Below are positions 1 through 13,482 of a DNA stretch of 64,000 nt, one piece after another; the stretch's first letter is position 1, and each line of letters opens with the position of its first letter. The DNA is taken from positions 30,628,001 through 30,692,000 of the forward strand of contig NC_043005.1 in NCBI RefSeq assembly GCF_006345805.1, written 5' to 3'. Below the pieces are notes generated by a model that searched no databases, was not told where the DNA came from, and saw nothing but the letters and a program-made list of their open reading frames with translations. The stretch comes from Octopus sinensis (taxonomy: Eukaryota). Made by a program: the position numbers and the translations under genes.

Positions 1-671
1 TATTGTGGAGTCGTTTTAAAAACACGATGCAAGATTAAGTCAACATGGAATTTTTGAAACAATCATAAATTGTTCTATATTTTAGAGATGAGGAATTCTG
101 TACAATATTTACATTTTTACATTGGACGGATATTTGTCCTCATCTTGTTTGTTGCTACCACAAAATTTCGGCTGATTTACTCTCCAGCCTTCATCAGGTG
201 TCCTGGTAGAATTTTGAATCCAACCCTAGGTTCTAAGGTGCCACGCAGTGTGAATGAACCGAAACTATGTGGCTGGTATGGCCGGTCAGGGAGTCACCTT
301 TGCTTCGCGCCTTTTACGTTCTTAGCGTGGGAGACGTCTATATTGCTAAGAGTATAAAAAGTGTGAAAACAATGGTAACGTAACGTGACTGGTCGTAAAC
401 CACAAACTACATAGATATTACTACGATATATCTAAAAAAAACATTTACTGTCTCAGTCATTCGACATATTCTATCGGTTAATTTCGTCGAACTTCTAAGT
501 TGCGGGGATGGAAAGGAAGTCAACAAGCGGTTGTCTGGGACAAGCACGAAGCTAGCCCCCTCCGGCCCACAAACACGTAATATACGACGGGCTTTTTTCA
601 GTTTCCATCGTCCAATCTATTTGACCTAGTGACAGGCAGCAAAACTTCTTGTCACACAGTCACTCCTACGC

Positions 672-672
<1 letters not shown>

Positions 673-752
<80 letters not shown>

Positions 753-760
753 ATATATAC
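673..760. repeat. (TA)n microsatellite
   Basis: Near-perfect TA dinucleotide run, degenerating into TATG at its end. Confidence 0.95.
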
Positions 761-920
761 ACGTCCCCGTAGCTTAGCGTTTTGGAAAAGAAACCGATAG
801 AATAAGTGCTAGGGTTCCAAAGAGTAAGTTCTGGGGTCGATTTCTATAACTAAAAAACCTTCAAACTCTGCTTGTTGTTCTTTCACCTGTCTTCGTCGTT
901 TGTTTTCTGTAAATTTGAAC

Positions 921-937
921 TACACACACACACAACG

Positions 938-980
<43 letters not shown>

Positions 981-1020
981 ACACACACGCACACATACAC
1001 ACGCACACACACACATATAT
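921..1020. repeat. (CA)n microsatellite with short (CG)n
   Basis: Direct reading of the repeat. Confidence 0.95.
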
Positions 1021-1398
1021 ATAGGTAAAAGATTAATGAGTGCGTGCGTTACATAAATAATATCTTCAGGATTAAATAAAAAGACAACAAACGGAAAATA
1101 TGGCATATCTATATATATATATAATTAAAAATAAACGTATTGTAAATAAACAAACGAACACATAAAATGCACAGGCGAACAGAAAAACACACAAGGTCAC
1201 AAATTCTTCATCAGTATCAGCAAGAGGAGGAGTCAAACGCAATTTCGGGCATTATCGATACTATTGTTTCTTCGCTGTTCGCAAAAAAGTTCGTATTCCA
1301 TATTTTCGTATTTCGTATTTCTGTTGTTTACCTTCTGTGACGTCCTGAACCCACATATGCATATGTATATACATATATATGTAAGTATATATACACCG

Positions 1399-1466
1399 TA
1401 CATACATACATACATACATACATACATACACAACATACATACATACATACATACATACTACATACA

Positions 1467-1557
<91 letters not shown>
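1399..1557. repeat. compound (TACA)n + (TA)n microsatellite
   Basis: Direct reading; it explains the YI/MYVC-type ORFs in the track. Confidence 0.95.
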
Positions 1558-1559
<2 letters not shown>

Positions 1560-2717
1560 CATTATCTATAAACATTACAATTGTTTCGACACATTTTTAC
1601 ACTTGTTCATTGGTGAGATGTTGTGTAATAATTATCACCAATTCAAGGTGTGAAATGCACCTTCTTTGAGTAAGACTTTATACGAGCTTATATAGCATAC
1701 CACAAGGGTTTTACCCGTATATTACTCGCGTATGTGTGTATATGTATAAAAGCGGAGCAAGACTACACACGAAGACAGAAAGTATCGCTGAAGAGTTCAC
1801 AGAGGTGTGACGAAAGATTTCCGGACGATAAACATAAATTAGAATAAGAACAGTAATAAATGAGTGAAAAGGGAATTATAGTGCGCCTGTTATTTGGCAA
1901 AAAGAGGGAAAAAATAACTATCTCGGAATACAACAATATCTGTTCAACGCACGGTTTCACATCAAGAATCTTGCAGCACACATATATAAAAGGATATATT
2001 ACAGAAAACAACAAAAGACGAAGACAGGTGCAGGAATAAACAAGCAGGTGCATTAGTTTGACTGATATATATATAGAGAATACCAAACGAGTTCCCTATG
2101 GATACCGATTTATACAAACGAGTGGCTTGTAAACGAGTTGTAAATAATTATATATAGGATAATATAATATATATATATATTTATATATATATATTTAGTG
2201 TAGGAAGAACGAAGATTTAACAAAATTCCTTTTATTATTTTCTACATATGTTTCAAAGGCTGCCAAAGTCCCTAATTCCGATTGAATAAGGAGTCCATTT
2301 TGCAGCCTTCTCTTCGGGAAAATCCAGGAATTAATTCTCCAACAAAATGCACAGCAAACTTTTCACAAACGCTCACGAGGAGCCCATGGAATAAATGGCA
2401 CAAAACTGTCTACCTATATGCGTTGACGCCAGGCTGGGTGAAAGCAGACGAGAATGTCCGTTAAGATAGTCAAGGTCAGAATCCGGTTAGGAGAAGGGGG
2501 GGGGGTACAGGAAAATCAAGAGTGTGAATGTATTCTGTATGACTGGTGTTTATATTTGAATTTTAAGAATGAGTGCTAGAGTGTTGAGTGTGAGAAATTG
2601 CTTTCATGTTATGTGTGTGTGCGTCTATGTATGTGTGGCAGTGTGTTTCGAAGGCAGCAAGAGAGAGATATATAGCAGGTATTAATGGTCAAGCAACAGA
2701 AAAGATATATATATATA

Positions 2718-3105
2718 GGAGGCGCAATGGCCCAGTGGTTAGGGCAGCGGACTCGCGGTCGGAGGATCGCGGTTTCGATTCTCAGACCGGGCGTTGTGAG
2801 TGTTTATTGAGCGAAAACACCTAAAGCTCCATGAGGCTCCGGCAGTGGATGGTGGTGATCCCTGCTGTACTCTTTCACCACAACTTTCTCTCACTCTTAC
2901 TTCCTGTTTCTGTTGTACCTGTATTTCAAAGGGCCGGCCTTGTCACTCTCTGTGTCACGCTGAATATCCCCGAGAACTACGTTAAGGGTGCACGTGTCTG
3001 TGGAGTGCTCAGCCACTTACACGTTAATTTCACGAGCAGGCTGTTCCGTTGATTCGGATCAACTGGAACCCTCGTCGTCGTAACCGACGGAGTGCTTCCA
3101 TTCCA
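2718..3105 (+). mobile_element. tRNA-derived SINE, apparently full length
   Basis: A-box-like TGGCCCAGTGG and B-box-like GGTTTCGATTC in a tRNA-like head with no complete cloverleaf, a ~300-nt body, and a TTCCATTCCA tail. Confidence 0.85.
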
Positions 3106-3114
3106 TATATATAT

Positions 3115-3302
3115 ATAAATTAGAAAAAAAACACCTTTTATCAATTCATGATATATACGATTTATTTATTATTTTGCACATTACTTAATCATCGGTATAT
3201 TACTATTTTATATTTAATATTTCTTTATATGTAATTTTCTAGATGGTGTAATTTAATTGTTCATTTTGAATTGATAAAAGGTGGTTTTTTCTAATTTTAT
3301 AT
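3115..3302. mobile_element. small foldback/MITE-like element with ~34-bp inverted arms
   Basis: ATAAATTAGAAAAAAAACACCTTTTATCAATTCA (3115-3148) pairs with TGAATTGATAAAAGGTGGTTTTTTCTAATTTTAT (3267-3300). Confidence 0.6.
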
Positions 3303-3669
3303 TTCTTCGTGAAAGTCCGTTCGTCGCTATTTTTCGCGACCTTTTCAATAGCTTGTCCTTTCTCTTCAACGTCTGCCCTGAAATTTGGCCGCGAATTAAT
3401 TTTATGTCTGCGTGCATGCATGCCTTTCTATGTGTGTGTAAATGTGTGTTTGCTTAGAAGAATAAGGGTGAGAGGAAAGGAGATTATGTGCGTGCGTGCG
3501 AGTGTGTATGTGTGTGTGTGTGTGCGTGCGTATGTGTGTGGTTGTGTGTACACTCGTGTGACTACTTGCATGTGTATGTGTACGTGTGTGTTAGTGTGTG
3601 TAGCCATCCATGACTAGGTATGTGTATGTATAACTGTGTCTATATACGCACATAGATTTATATGCAAGA

Positions 3670-3894
3670 GGCGGCGAGCTGGCAGAAGCGTTAGCACGCC
3701 GGGCGAAATGCTTAGCAGTATTTCGTCTACGTTCTGAGTTCAAATTCCGCCGAGGTCGACTTTGCCTTTCATCCTCTCGGGGTCGATAAATAAAGTACCA
3801 GTTTCGCACTGGGTCGATGTAATCGACTTAATCCGTTTGTCTGTCCTTGTTTGTCCCCTCTATGTTTAGCCCCTTGTGGGTAGCAAAAGAAATA
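3670..3894 (+). mobile_element. tRNA-derived SINE (CORE-type body) with a tail shared with the ORF1-only element
   Basis: Head GGCGGCGAGCTGGCAGAA, B-box GAGTTCAAATTCC, body CTTTCATCCTCTCGGGGTCGATAAATAAAGTACC. Tail 3851-3894 matches the 3' ends at 11522-11560, ~13304-13343 and ~15091-15132. Partial copies of the head or body recur, e.g. near 43100, 54170-54290 and 63960. Confidence 0.85.
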
Positions 3895-4154
3895 TATATC
3901 ATGTATATATGTGAATAGAAGCAGGCGTGACTGTGTTGTAAGCTGTTCCGGGTTCAGTCCAGCTGCGTGGCACTTTGAGCGGGTGTTTCTACTATAGCCC
4001 TGGGTCGACTAAACCCTTGTGAGTAGATTTGGTTGACGGAATCTGAAAAAGCTTGTCATATATGTGTTTATCAATATTTATCAGAAGCAACAGAGTGACT
4101 CGGGGGGCGAGAGTTTCGTTCATTGACACTTGTCAAACTACACACAGACACACA

Positions 4155-4209
<55 letters not shown>

Positions 4210-4591
4210 ACACACACATACATATGCATGAGTGGCTGTGTGGTAAGTAGCCAGCTTACCAACTACATGGTTCTGAGTTCAGCCCCATTACGCGACGCCT
4301 TGGTCTTCTACTAGAGCCTCAGGCCAACCAAAGCCTTGTGAGTGAATTTGGTAGACGGAAACTGTGTGTGTGTTTGTGTTTGTCCCTCCCGATGGTGGCA
4401 TGTATATACATAATATTATTGTTCTTTCTTGCGAAATATATAGAATTACTTTAAAGAAGTGTTCGGGTCGAAACAAGTAAAAGAATAAAAGAACGAAAAG
4501 AAAGAATATATATATATATATGTACATTTTTACTTTTATATACATATTTATATTTATTGCATATCTTTTACTTTTTTATATTTATATATAA

Positions 4592-4880
4592 CTAGCAGAG
4601 ATACCCGGCGTTACCCGATTACATTCAATTGGAGAATTAGATTTTTCTGTTATATCTTCTGTGATGAACTGGAATATCTAAGTTTCGAATTTCATCAAAA
4701 TTGCAGATGAGGGTTATTTCAATCTTTACACACCCTAAAAAATTGTAATCGTGCCACATGTATCCCATAATCCTGATTTTTATGCGCATATTCCAAAATT
4801 CCAGTCTTATTTAACTTGTTAAAAAGATTGTTCCTGAAAAATGAAGGTCATGGAGCTCTAAAATGTGAGAGTTAAGGCCC
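4592..4880 (-). mobile_element. non-autonomous Helitron-like element, 3' end
   Basis: Minus strand ends CGGGTAACGCCGGGTATCTCTGCTAG followed by T, the same terminus type as the other Helitrons here. 5' extent uncertain. Confidence 0.6.
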
Positions 4881-5879
4881 CTGTTGGGGGTGGGCATCTT
4901 AATGTCAACCAGAGAAGTTGAATTGTTGAAAATCTTTTTAACTTGGGTCTTATATCTATTGTTTGAATTTCTTTGAAATAGGAAATATATGTTCACTGGG
5001 TTTGTAAAAGAGAGCAAAGCTACAGGAAACCAAAAGACGAATTATCACAATAAGCAGTCAGTTACCCTACCCTAGTCGTTACCACTCCTAATGTAGGATT
5101 CCTCACCATCCAGGTGACAGGCACAGCCGTAAGATGCATTACAAATCTATAGCAATTGGAAGGGCGTGACCCAACTGAAATCAACATTAACAACTGTTTA
5201 ACGTGAGAGCTAAGGAGAAATGAAAGTGTCACCTCTGTAGTTTGCAAATGACCACTATACTGATACGTAACTGGACAGAATAAATTTTAAATCTATAAAT
5301 GTCTTCGAATAACCAGTCACTCATCTGGGAAGGCCTTGAAATCAATGTTACCATCTGGGGACTATGTGTGACCGAGTGATAATAAAAAGACTGAAAGGAG
5401 GTCTGCAATCAAATAAATTTTACTCTACACTTTGCAACTGAATCAGTGGAGGCAAAGATGCCTCTCATTTACTTGACAATTTATGCAGTGTGTATGTCAA
5501 AGCAAACTGTTACACTGTTGTACCATTGAATTACAAATAATGCTCATCTTTTATGCTCGGGTAACCCTACAGCTTCCAAGAGCACAACTGTATTCATTTT
5601 TGCTTAGATAAAATGACAAAATTGTAGTTGTTAAGTCCCCATGGAGGGGTCTTTCAAACTTTGTAAGATGAAATTTTATAGATATTACTTCATTTGTGTC
5701 TAATGTCTATGGTTAAAATTTCATCAACAGCAAAAATATATGAATTGTCATGGGTGTTATGGCCCTTATGCATAGAATATAATTTCCAAATTTCATAAAG
5801 ATCCATTCAGTACTTTTGACCAAGTTTTAGATCATAAAAGAAATTACTAAAATTGGGATTTAAGGCTCCCATTAGGGTG

Positions 5880-6070
<191 letters not shown>

Positions 6071-6273
6071 TGCACACATACAAAGATAAATTGATAGATA
6101 CAACTGAGTGAGCAAACAAAAATATGAGACACAGCCTAGTGCTTTTTTATGTTGATAAGCCTAGTACTTACTCTATTAGTTTGTTCTTGTGAAACCAGTA
6201 AGTTATGTGGATGTAAATAAGTGAACAGCAGTTGTGAAGCAGTGATGAGGGCGAAACACAGAGACAAAGACAC

Positions 6274-6350
6274 ACACATACACTTACATATATACATACA
6301 TATATATACGATTTATTTGTTACAGTTCCTGTCTACGAAATCCATATATA
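6274..6350 (+). repeat. left copy of ~75-bp direct repeat flanking the RTE LINE (candidate long TSD)
   Basis: Matches 9058-9132 with three substitutions and one 2-bp indel. Confidence 0.65.
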
Positions 6351-9057
6351 TTGTTGTTGGCATCCTTTTTGTCTCGGGAGACAATGGAGTTGCGCATAAA
6401 ATAATCTTGTCCGGCTTTTACATTTCATGTCCTAATACATCTCTTGCTGTGGCTGTGTAGTCCTATCCGGGACAAACACTCCCTCTGGCAGGTGCCGTAA
6501 ATGTAGCGAAGACTTTGCCTGACTGGTTGTAATGTCATAGTTTCTTGTTGACGTCTTTTCTTGTCTTTCCATTTCTCCTTTCTCACTGTGTCACTCCTTT
6601 GTGTTCCCTCTTTCACGGTACGTCGCCAATCTCCACGGTTGCTGGCAACTGCTTCCCAGTTGGTAATATTGATGTTGCAGGCATTCATGTCCCTTTTGCA
6701 AACATCCTTGTATCGTAAGAACGGTCTTCCCACAGACCTAGTGCCCCTAGCAAGCTCTCCGTTGAGTATGTCCTTGGGGATTCTGCCATCTTCCATACGG
6801 CTAACATGTCCAAGCCATCTCATACGTCTTTGTGTGAAAGTGCAAACATGCTTGGTATTCCTGCTTGCTTGAGGACATCTTTGTTAGGGACATGATTCTG
6901 CCATTTGATGCGATGGATTTTCCGGAGACAGCGCAGGTGAAAGATATTTAGGCGACGTATGGCGTCGTATGGCGTGTGTATGGCGTCAAAGTCATACAGT
7001 AGAGTGCTAAGTACACATGCCTGGTAAATCTTCATTTTTGTGGTCTTTGTCAGCTTATTGTTGTCCCATGCGCGTTTGGTGAGTTGGGCCATCACAGCAG
7101 CTGCCTTGCCAATGCGTATATTGAGCTCAGCATCAAGGGATAGGTTGTAGGTGACGGTAGAGCCAAGATAGGTAAACTTCTCCACCTCCTATACTCTGTG
7201 GTCTCCAATGTATGTTTGGGATGTCCGATGTAGCCTGACCCATGATGTTGGTCTTCTTGAGGCTGATAACTAAGCCAAAGTTGCCAAATGCTTACTCAAA
7301 ACAGTTGCCGAGCCTTCGTAGGGCTTCTTCTGTGTGTGATACCAGAGCGGCATCATCAGCAAATAGCATCTCCTTCATCAGGATGCTTCTGAAATTTTGG
7401 TCTTGGCACGCAGACGCGAGAGATTGAACAGTTCCCCATCACTTCTACTGTGCAGAAACACTCCATCATCTGATGTCTCAAAGGCATGTGACAGCAGCAG
7501 CGAGAAGAAGATGCCAAATAATGTAGGAGCAAGGACACAACCTTGCTCTACCCCATTTTTTATTTGGAAGGCGGCTGATGTTGAACCATTGTGCTGTATG
7601 GTGCCTTGCATATTAACATGGAATGATTTGATGATCCTCAGCAGCTTTGGTGGACATCCGATTTTTTGGAGCAGGATGAAGAGGCCTTTTCTACTTACCA
7701 AGTTAAAGCCCTTTGTCAGATCAATGAAGGCCATATATAATGGCATGTTCTGCTCTCTGGACTTCTGAAGTTGGCGTATGGAGAATATCATGTCAATAGT
7801 TGATCTGCTTCTAAAGCCACACTGCGATTCTGGATAAATTCGAGAAGCAATTAGTTGCAGCCTGGACAGGATAATGCAAGCAGAGGCCTTTCCAACTGTG
7901 CTTAGAAGAGATATTCCACGGTAATTGTTACAATCATCACGGTCACTTTTATTTTTGTAAAGCGTAATGATGTTAGCATCCCGCATATTCTGAGGGACTG
8001 TACCCTCTTACCTGCACTGACACAGAAGCTCATGAATGTGCCGAAGCAGGATGGTGTTTTTGCCGGTTTTGATGATCTCTAAGGGGATGCCGTCTTTTCC
8101 CGGAGCCTTGTTACTTGCTAGGGAGTCAATAGATTTGGTGAGCTCTGCTATAGATGGTAGACTGTCAAGTTCACACATGACTGGCAAGATCTTGACACCC
8201 TCGATTGCAGCCTCAGCTACCGTGGTCTCTCGTGAGTAGATATCCTGGTAGTACTCCATCCATCTATCCATTTGCTTGCTTTGGTCCCTGATGAGATCTC
8301 CAGTAGTTGATTTCAGAGGGGCTGAGGTATTTGCGGATGGACCGAGGGCCTTCTTCAAACCGGCATACATCCCACGTGGGTCGCCACTGTCAGCAGCTGA
8401 CTGGATACTCTGACAGATTTCCTTTCAATACCCATTTGCATAGCGTCTGGCAGTCAGTTGGGTTTATTTCTTGCCTTTCTGAGTTCTTCGTGTGACTTTG
8501 TAGAAGAACCACTCTTGTATTGCATCAGAGCTGTACGCTTTGCTTCGATAACTGGTTCCAGCTCTGAGAGCCCAGCACTGAACAAAATCTGGGTTTTACC
8601 TTTCTCTCATTCCGAAAGTATCTATTGATGTGGTATACAAAGCTTCCCTGATATAATTCCACCTACTTTCAGCAGAGGAGGTTGGGCAGCTACTGAGGGA
8701 AACCTTGATAAAAACAGCAAAACATTGTCGCAGTGTAGGGTTCGAGGTTCTGGCAGTGTTAATGCGTGGTTGGCTTAATTTTCTTGGAGTGATGGACTTT
8801 TTAGGCAGAATCCTCACCCTTCTTATTAGTGAATGATTTGTCTCACAATCCGCGCTACGGGTCAGTTGAACAGAATTCAGAAAGGATCTTCGTGTAATGA
8901 TGAGATCCAACTGATGCCAGTGGTGAGATCTTGGATGTCTCCAAGATGCCTTGTGGGATGTCTTGTTGGGAAAGAATGTGTTGGTGATGCGCAGGTTATG
9001 GTATGTGCAAAATTCAAGTAGTCTCTGGCTATTGTCATTCATGTTGCCAATACTAAA
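6351..9057 (-). mobile_element. 5'-truncated RTE-clade LINE with degenerate APE-RT ORF
   Basis: Fragments in several frames: end of APE (HWHQLDLIITRRSFLNSV..SADCETNHSLI), linker KAPGKDGIPLE, RT (DANIITLYKNKSDRDDCNNYRGISLLS; QGCVLAPTLF; FADDAAL), C-terminal RWLGHVSRMEDGRIPK. 3' tail CCATTGTCTCCCGAGAC..GGATGCC(AAC)n. Multiple frameshifts. Confidence 0.93.
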
Positions 9058-9123
9058 ACACATACACTTACATATATACACATATATATACGATTGATTT
9101 GTTTCAGTTCCTGTCCACGAAAT

Positions 9124-9132
<9 letters not shown>
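9058..9132 (+). repeat. right copy of ~75-bp direct repeat flanking the RTE LINE
   Basis: Matches 6274-6350. Confidence 0.65.
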
Positions 9133-9183
<51 letters not shown>

Positions 9184-9438
9184 CATACATATATATATGT
9201 ATGTACACACACACCAACACACACACACACACACACACACAAAGATAAATTGATAGATACAACTGAGTGGGCAAACAAAAATGTGAGACACTGCGTAGAG
9301 CTTTTTTAAATTTTGATAAGCCTGGTACTTATTCTATCAGTTTCTTCTTGTGAAACCAGTATGTTATGGGGATGTAAATAAACGAACACCAGTTGTGAAG
9401 CAGTGATGAGGGAGAAACACAAAGACACATACACAGAC

Positions 9439-9475
<37 letters not shown>

Positions 9476-9930
9476 CGATTGATTTCTTTCAGTTTCTGTC
9501 TACAAAATCCACTGACAAGGCTTTGGTTGGTCTCAGGCTATAGTAGAAGACACATGCCAAGTTACCACACAGTGGGACTGAACTGAGAACCATGCGTTTT
9601 GGAACCATAAAAATACTTATGCATAAATCTAAAATCTTAAATAATTTCTTTGTTATTGTAGTATATATAAGTAAAAAATGGAATATTCCCAAAATTGCAA
9701 GATTAACTAAATGATTTCCATTTCTTATTTAAACGTGGCAATCCTCTTGAAAAAAATTGTGAACCCGATAGGAGGTTTGAGTTCGGTAGGAACACGTGTC
9801 GGAAATCTATGCGTGTTGTTATCTGTGACTAGACGGTGAAATTTTTTCTGTGTAAATTGATTAATATCGCGCGAGGCGTTTGCCTCCACGTGTGGAAACG
9901 TTCCGAAGAAGGTGAATTGACCCTCTAGTC

Positions 9931-11326
9931 ATGGCGACTTACGCGGGGGTCACGGGAAAAAAAATAATGATTCGTCGATAATCGTGAAGGATGTTTTCTT
10001 TGAGAAGAGTAAACTCAAAGAATATGAAAAGCTCTTCAAAAGGGAGGGTGATAGCGTGAAGCTAATCCCCCCCGCGAAAGCAAAAGAGGACAAAGAAACA
10101 AGACAGTGACATTAGAACCCAAGACAAAAATACGAAGAAACTGGGCAGAGTGGAGATAGCCGAAATCGAAAAATGTCTGGGAGACATAATGGGGAAATCG
10201 ACCTACGTGAGTAGAGGCAAGAAATTGGTACGGTGGAGGTGAGATGTGCAACGGAAGAAATTGCAGCCTCACTGGCTACCACCGTACTAAGAGCGGAAAA
10301 ATTTATAATGTGGCCCTCATACAAGGGAAGAAGAGGGGTCCGGGTTAAAATCCCGAATATACCCCCAGAAGTGAAAACAGAATGGCTGGCAACAGCTATT
10401 CTAGGAGCCAGAAGAGGAAGTGGAGGTGGAATCCTTTAAGGAGACCAACGCGGTAAACTGGAGAGGATATGGGGTAGAACTGTGTTGATGGCCACAAAAG
10501 AGGACATTGAAAGGTCCCCTACAGAATAGAAATTGAAGATGAGAAAACCCTCAGTGTAATTGTAGAGGGAAGAAAGCAAACTGTTACTTGTGCGGGACAA
10601 GGGGGCACATTAAAAAAGAGTGCCCGTTATACGAATTCGTAGCGGAGTGCGAGCAGGAACTTGAAGAAAGAAGAATACGGTAAATGAAAAAGAAAACATA
10701 GAAAAGGAAACAAAACAACAAGAGAAAGGAAATAATAAGTCAATGAAGGAAAAGAAATAAAAGAAAAGAAAGAAATAGAACCAAAACAGAGTCAGGAAAA
10801 AAAAAAGGAAAAAGAAACAACAGGAAAAAAAACAAGAGAGAGATCAGAATCAAACGAAAAGAAAAGACGGCACACAAAAAGAAAAAGAAAAGGAACATAA
10901 AACACGAGAGAAAGAGAGAACAGACAAAGAACCAAAAAGACAAGAGAAGGAAGGAGAAAGAAAAGAAGGCAAAAGAGAGAAAGAGAGAAACAAAGAGAGG
11001 AGAACAAGGAAGAAATAAGCCCGAAAAGAAAAATGAGGGAAAACGTAGGACGGAAACAAGATTACTGCTTCTACAAGTTAGTAACCTTCCATTTCTGCCC
11101 TGAAATGAAGGACTTGACAAGTAATACGGAGGGACATGTGTTGGTCAACAGGATGACCGATCAGTGGCAGGAGACTGCTCTAATCCCCGAAGAAAGAGTC
11201 GCTGAGTTCCTCAGAGCTGCCGGAGGGAGTGTAACATTTTACACGAGTGTTCGAGTGAGAGAGCGGCTGCCTGAGGGCTCAGTGATGGACTTTAGAGAAT
11301 TGAAAGCTATCATGGAATATGTATAG
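9931..11326 (+). pseudogene. ORF1/Gag-like zinc-knuckle protein, unit 1 (frameshifted as assembled)
   Basis: ATGGCGACTTAC start and ..GAATATGTATAG end, collinear with 13483-14892. Most indels are in homopolymers. Confidence 0.75.
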
Positions 11327-11698
11327 AATTGTGAGAAGAGAGAGAAGAAAGAAGAGAAAAAGAAAATATTGTGAAATATATGTGACGAAAATGTAACCTC
11401 TCGATTCCGGGGATCGAGTGGGCATTTACATCTCATTGTAAATATTCTTTCATATGTCATTTTTTACTTTTATTTTTCCTTTTTTGTCATTCGCTTTCTT
11501 ATTTTAAGTTCCCCGATTGTATTGTCCCCTCTATGTTCGCCCCTTGTGGGTAAAATAAAATCACGTGTCGGAAATCTATGCGTGTTGTTATCTGTGACTA
11601 GACGGTGAAATTTGTTCTGTGTAAATTGATTAATATCGCGCGAGGCGTTTGCCTCCACGTGTGGAAACGTCCGAAGAAGGTGAATTGACCCTCTAGTC

Positions 11699-13102
11699 AT
11701 GGCGACTTACGCGGGGGTCACCGGGAAAAATAATGATTCGTCGATAATCATAAGGATGTTTTCTTTGAGAAGGATAAACTCAAAGAATATGAAAAGCTCT
11801 TCAAAAGGGAGGGTGATAGCGTGAAGCTAATCCCCCCCGCGAAAGCAAAAGAGGACAAAGAAAGCAAGACAGTGACATACAGAACCAAGACAAAAACACG
11901 AAGAAACTGGCAAGAGTGGAGATAGCCGAAATTGAAAAATGTCTGGGAGACATAATGGGGAAAAAACCTACGTGAGTAGAGGCAAGAAATTTGGTACGGT
12001 GGAGGTGAGATGTGCAACGGAAGAAATTGCAGCCTCACTGGCTACCACTGTACTAAGAGCCGAAAAATTTACAATGTGGCCCTCATACAAGGGAAGAAGA
12101 GGGGTCCGGGTTAAAATCCCGAATATACCCCCAGAAGTGTGAAACAGAATGGCTGGCAACAGCTATTCTAGGAGCAGCAGAAGAGGAAGTGGAGGTGGAA
12201 TCCTTTAAGGAGTCCAACGCGGTAAACTGGAGAGGATATGGGGTAGAACTGGGTTTGATGGCCACAAAAGAGGACATTGAAAGGTTCCCCTACAGAATTG
12301 AAATTGAAGATGAAAAAACCCTCAGTGTAATTGTAGAGGGAAGAAAACCAAACTGTTACTTGTGTGGGACAAGGGGGCACATTAAAAAAGAGTGCCCGTT
12401 ATACGAATTCGTAGCGGAGTGCGAGCAGGAACTTGAAGAAAAGAAGAATACGGTAAATGAAAAAGAAAACATAGAAAGGAACAAAACACAAGAGAAAGGA
12501 AAAATAAAGTCAATGAAGGAAAAAGAAATAAAAGAAAAGAAAGAAAAGAAAAGAAAGAACCAAAACAGAGTCAGGAAAAAAAAAAGGAAAAAGAAACAAC
12601 AGGAAAAAAACAAGAGAGAGATCAGAATCAAACGAAAAGAAAAGACGGCACACAAAAAGAAAAAGAAAAGGAACATAAAACACGAGAGAAAGAGAGACAG
12701 ACAAAGAACCAAAAAGACAAGAGAAGGAAGGAGAAAGAAAAGAAGGCAAAAAGAGAGAAAGAGAGAAACAAAGAGAGGAGAACAAGGAAGAAATAAGCCC
12801 GAAAAGAAAAATGAAGGAAAACGTAGGACGGAAACAAGATTACTGCTTCTACAAGTTAGTAACCTTCCATTTCTGCCCTGAAATGAAAGACTTGACATGT
12901 AATACGGAGGGACATATATGGGTCAACAGAATGACCGATCAGTGGCAGGAGACTGCTCTCCCCCGAAGAAAGAGTCGCTGAGTTCCTCAGAGCTGCCGGA
13001 GAGAGTGTAATATTTTACACGAGTGTTCGAGTGAGAGAGCGGCTGCCTGAGGGCTCAGTGATGGACTTTAGAGAATTGAAAGCTATTATGGAATATGTAT
13101 AG
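11699..13102 (+). pseudogene. ORF1/Gag-like zinc-knuckle protein, unit 2 (frameshifted as assembled)
   Basis: Contains an intact CYLCGTRGHIKKECP (CX2CX4HX4C) knuckle; collinear with unit 3. Confidence 0.75.
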
Positions 13103-13482
13103 AATTGTGAGAAGAGAGAGAGAAGAAAGAAGAGAAAAAAGAAAATATTGTGAAATATATGTGACGAAAATGTAACCTCTCGATTCCGGGGATCGAGTGG
13201 GCATTTACATCTCATTGTAAATATTCTTTCATATGTCATTTTTTACTTTTATTTTTTCCTTTTCTTGTCATTCGCTTTCTTATTTTAAGTTCCCCGATTG
13301 TATTGTCCCCTCTATGTTCGCCCCTTGTGGGTAGTAATAAAATCACGTGTCGGAAATCTATGCGTGTTGTTATCTGTGACTAGACGGTGAAATTTTTTCT
13401 GTGTAAATTGATTTAATATCGCGCGAGGCGTTTGCCTCCACGTGTGGAAACCTTCCGAAGAAGGTGAATTGACCCTCCAGTC

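Noticed and set aside
1233-1653. ORFs rich in YI, MYVC, HT or CV repeats here and throughout (e.g. 5807-6132, 28778-29032, 39742-40177, 41978-42391, 52466-53050, 57173-57795)
   Set aside because: They are translations of (TA)n, (TATG)n and (CA)n microsatellites, not genes.
2718-2795. Possible tRNA gene
   Set aside because: It has A and B boxes but no closing acceptor stem, and continues into a SINE body and tail.
5050-5760. Non-repetitive stretch that might be a decayed coding region
   Set aside because: Stops in the frames I translated and no motif I could recognise; a TBLASTX/Dfam search would be needed.
9793-9930. Possible HDV-like ribozyme defining the 5' end of the ORF1-only unit
   Set aside because: Short hairpins are present (GAGGC/GCCTC, GGAA/TTCC), but I could not build the nested P1-P2-P3 pseudoknot.
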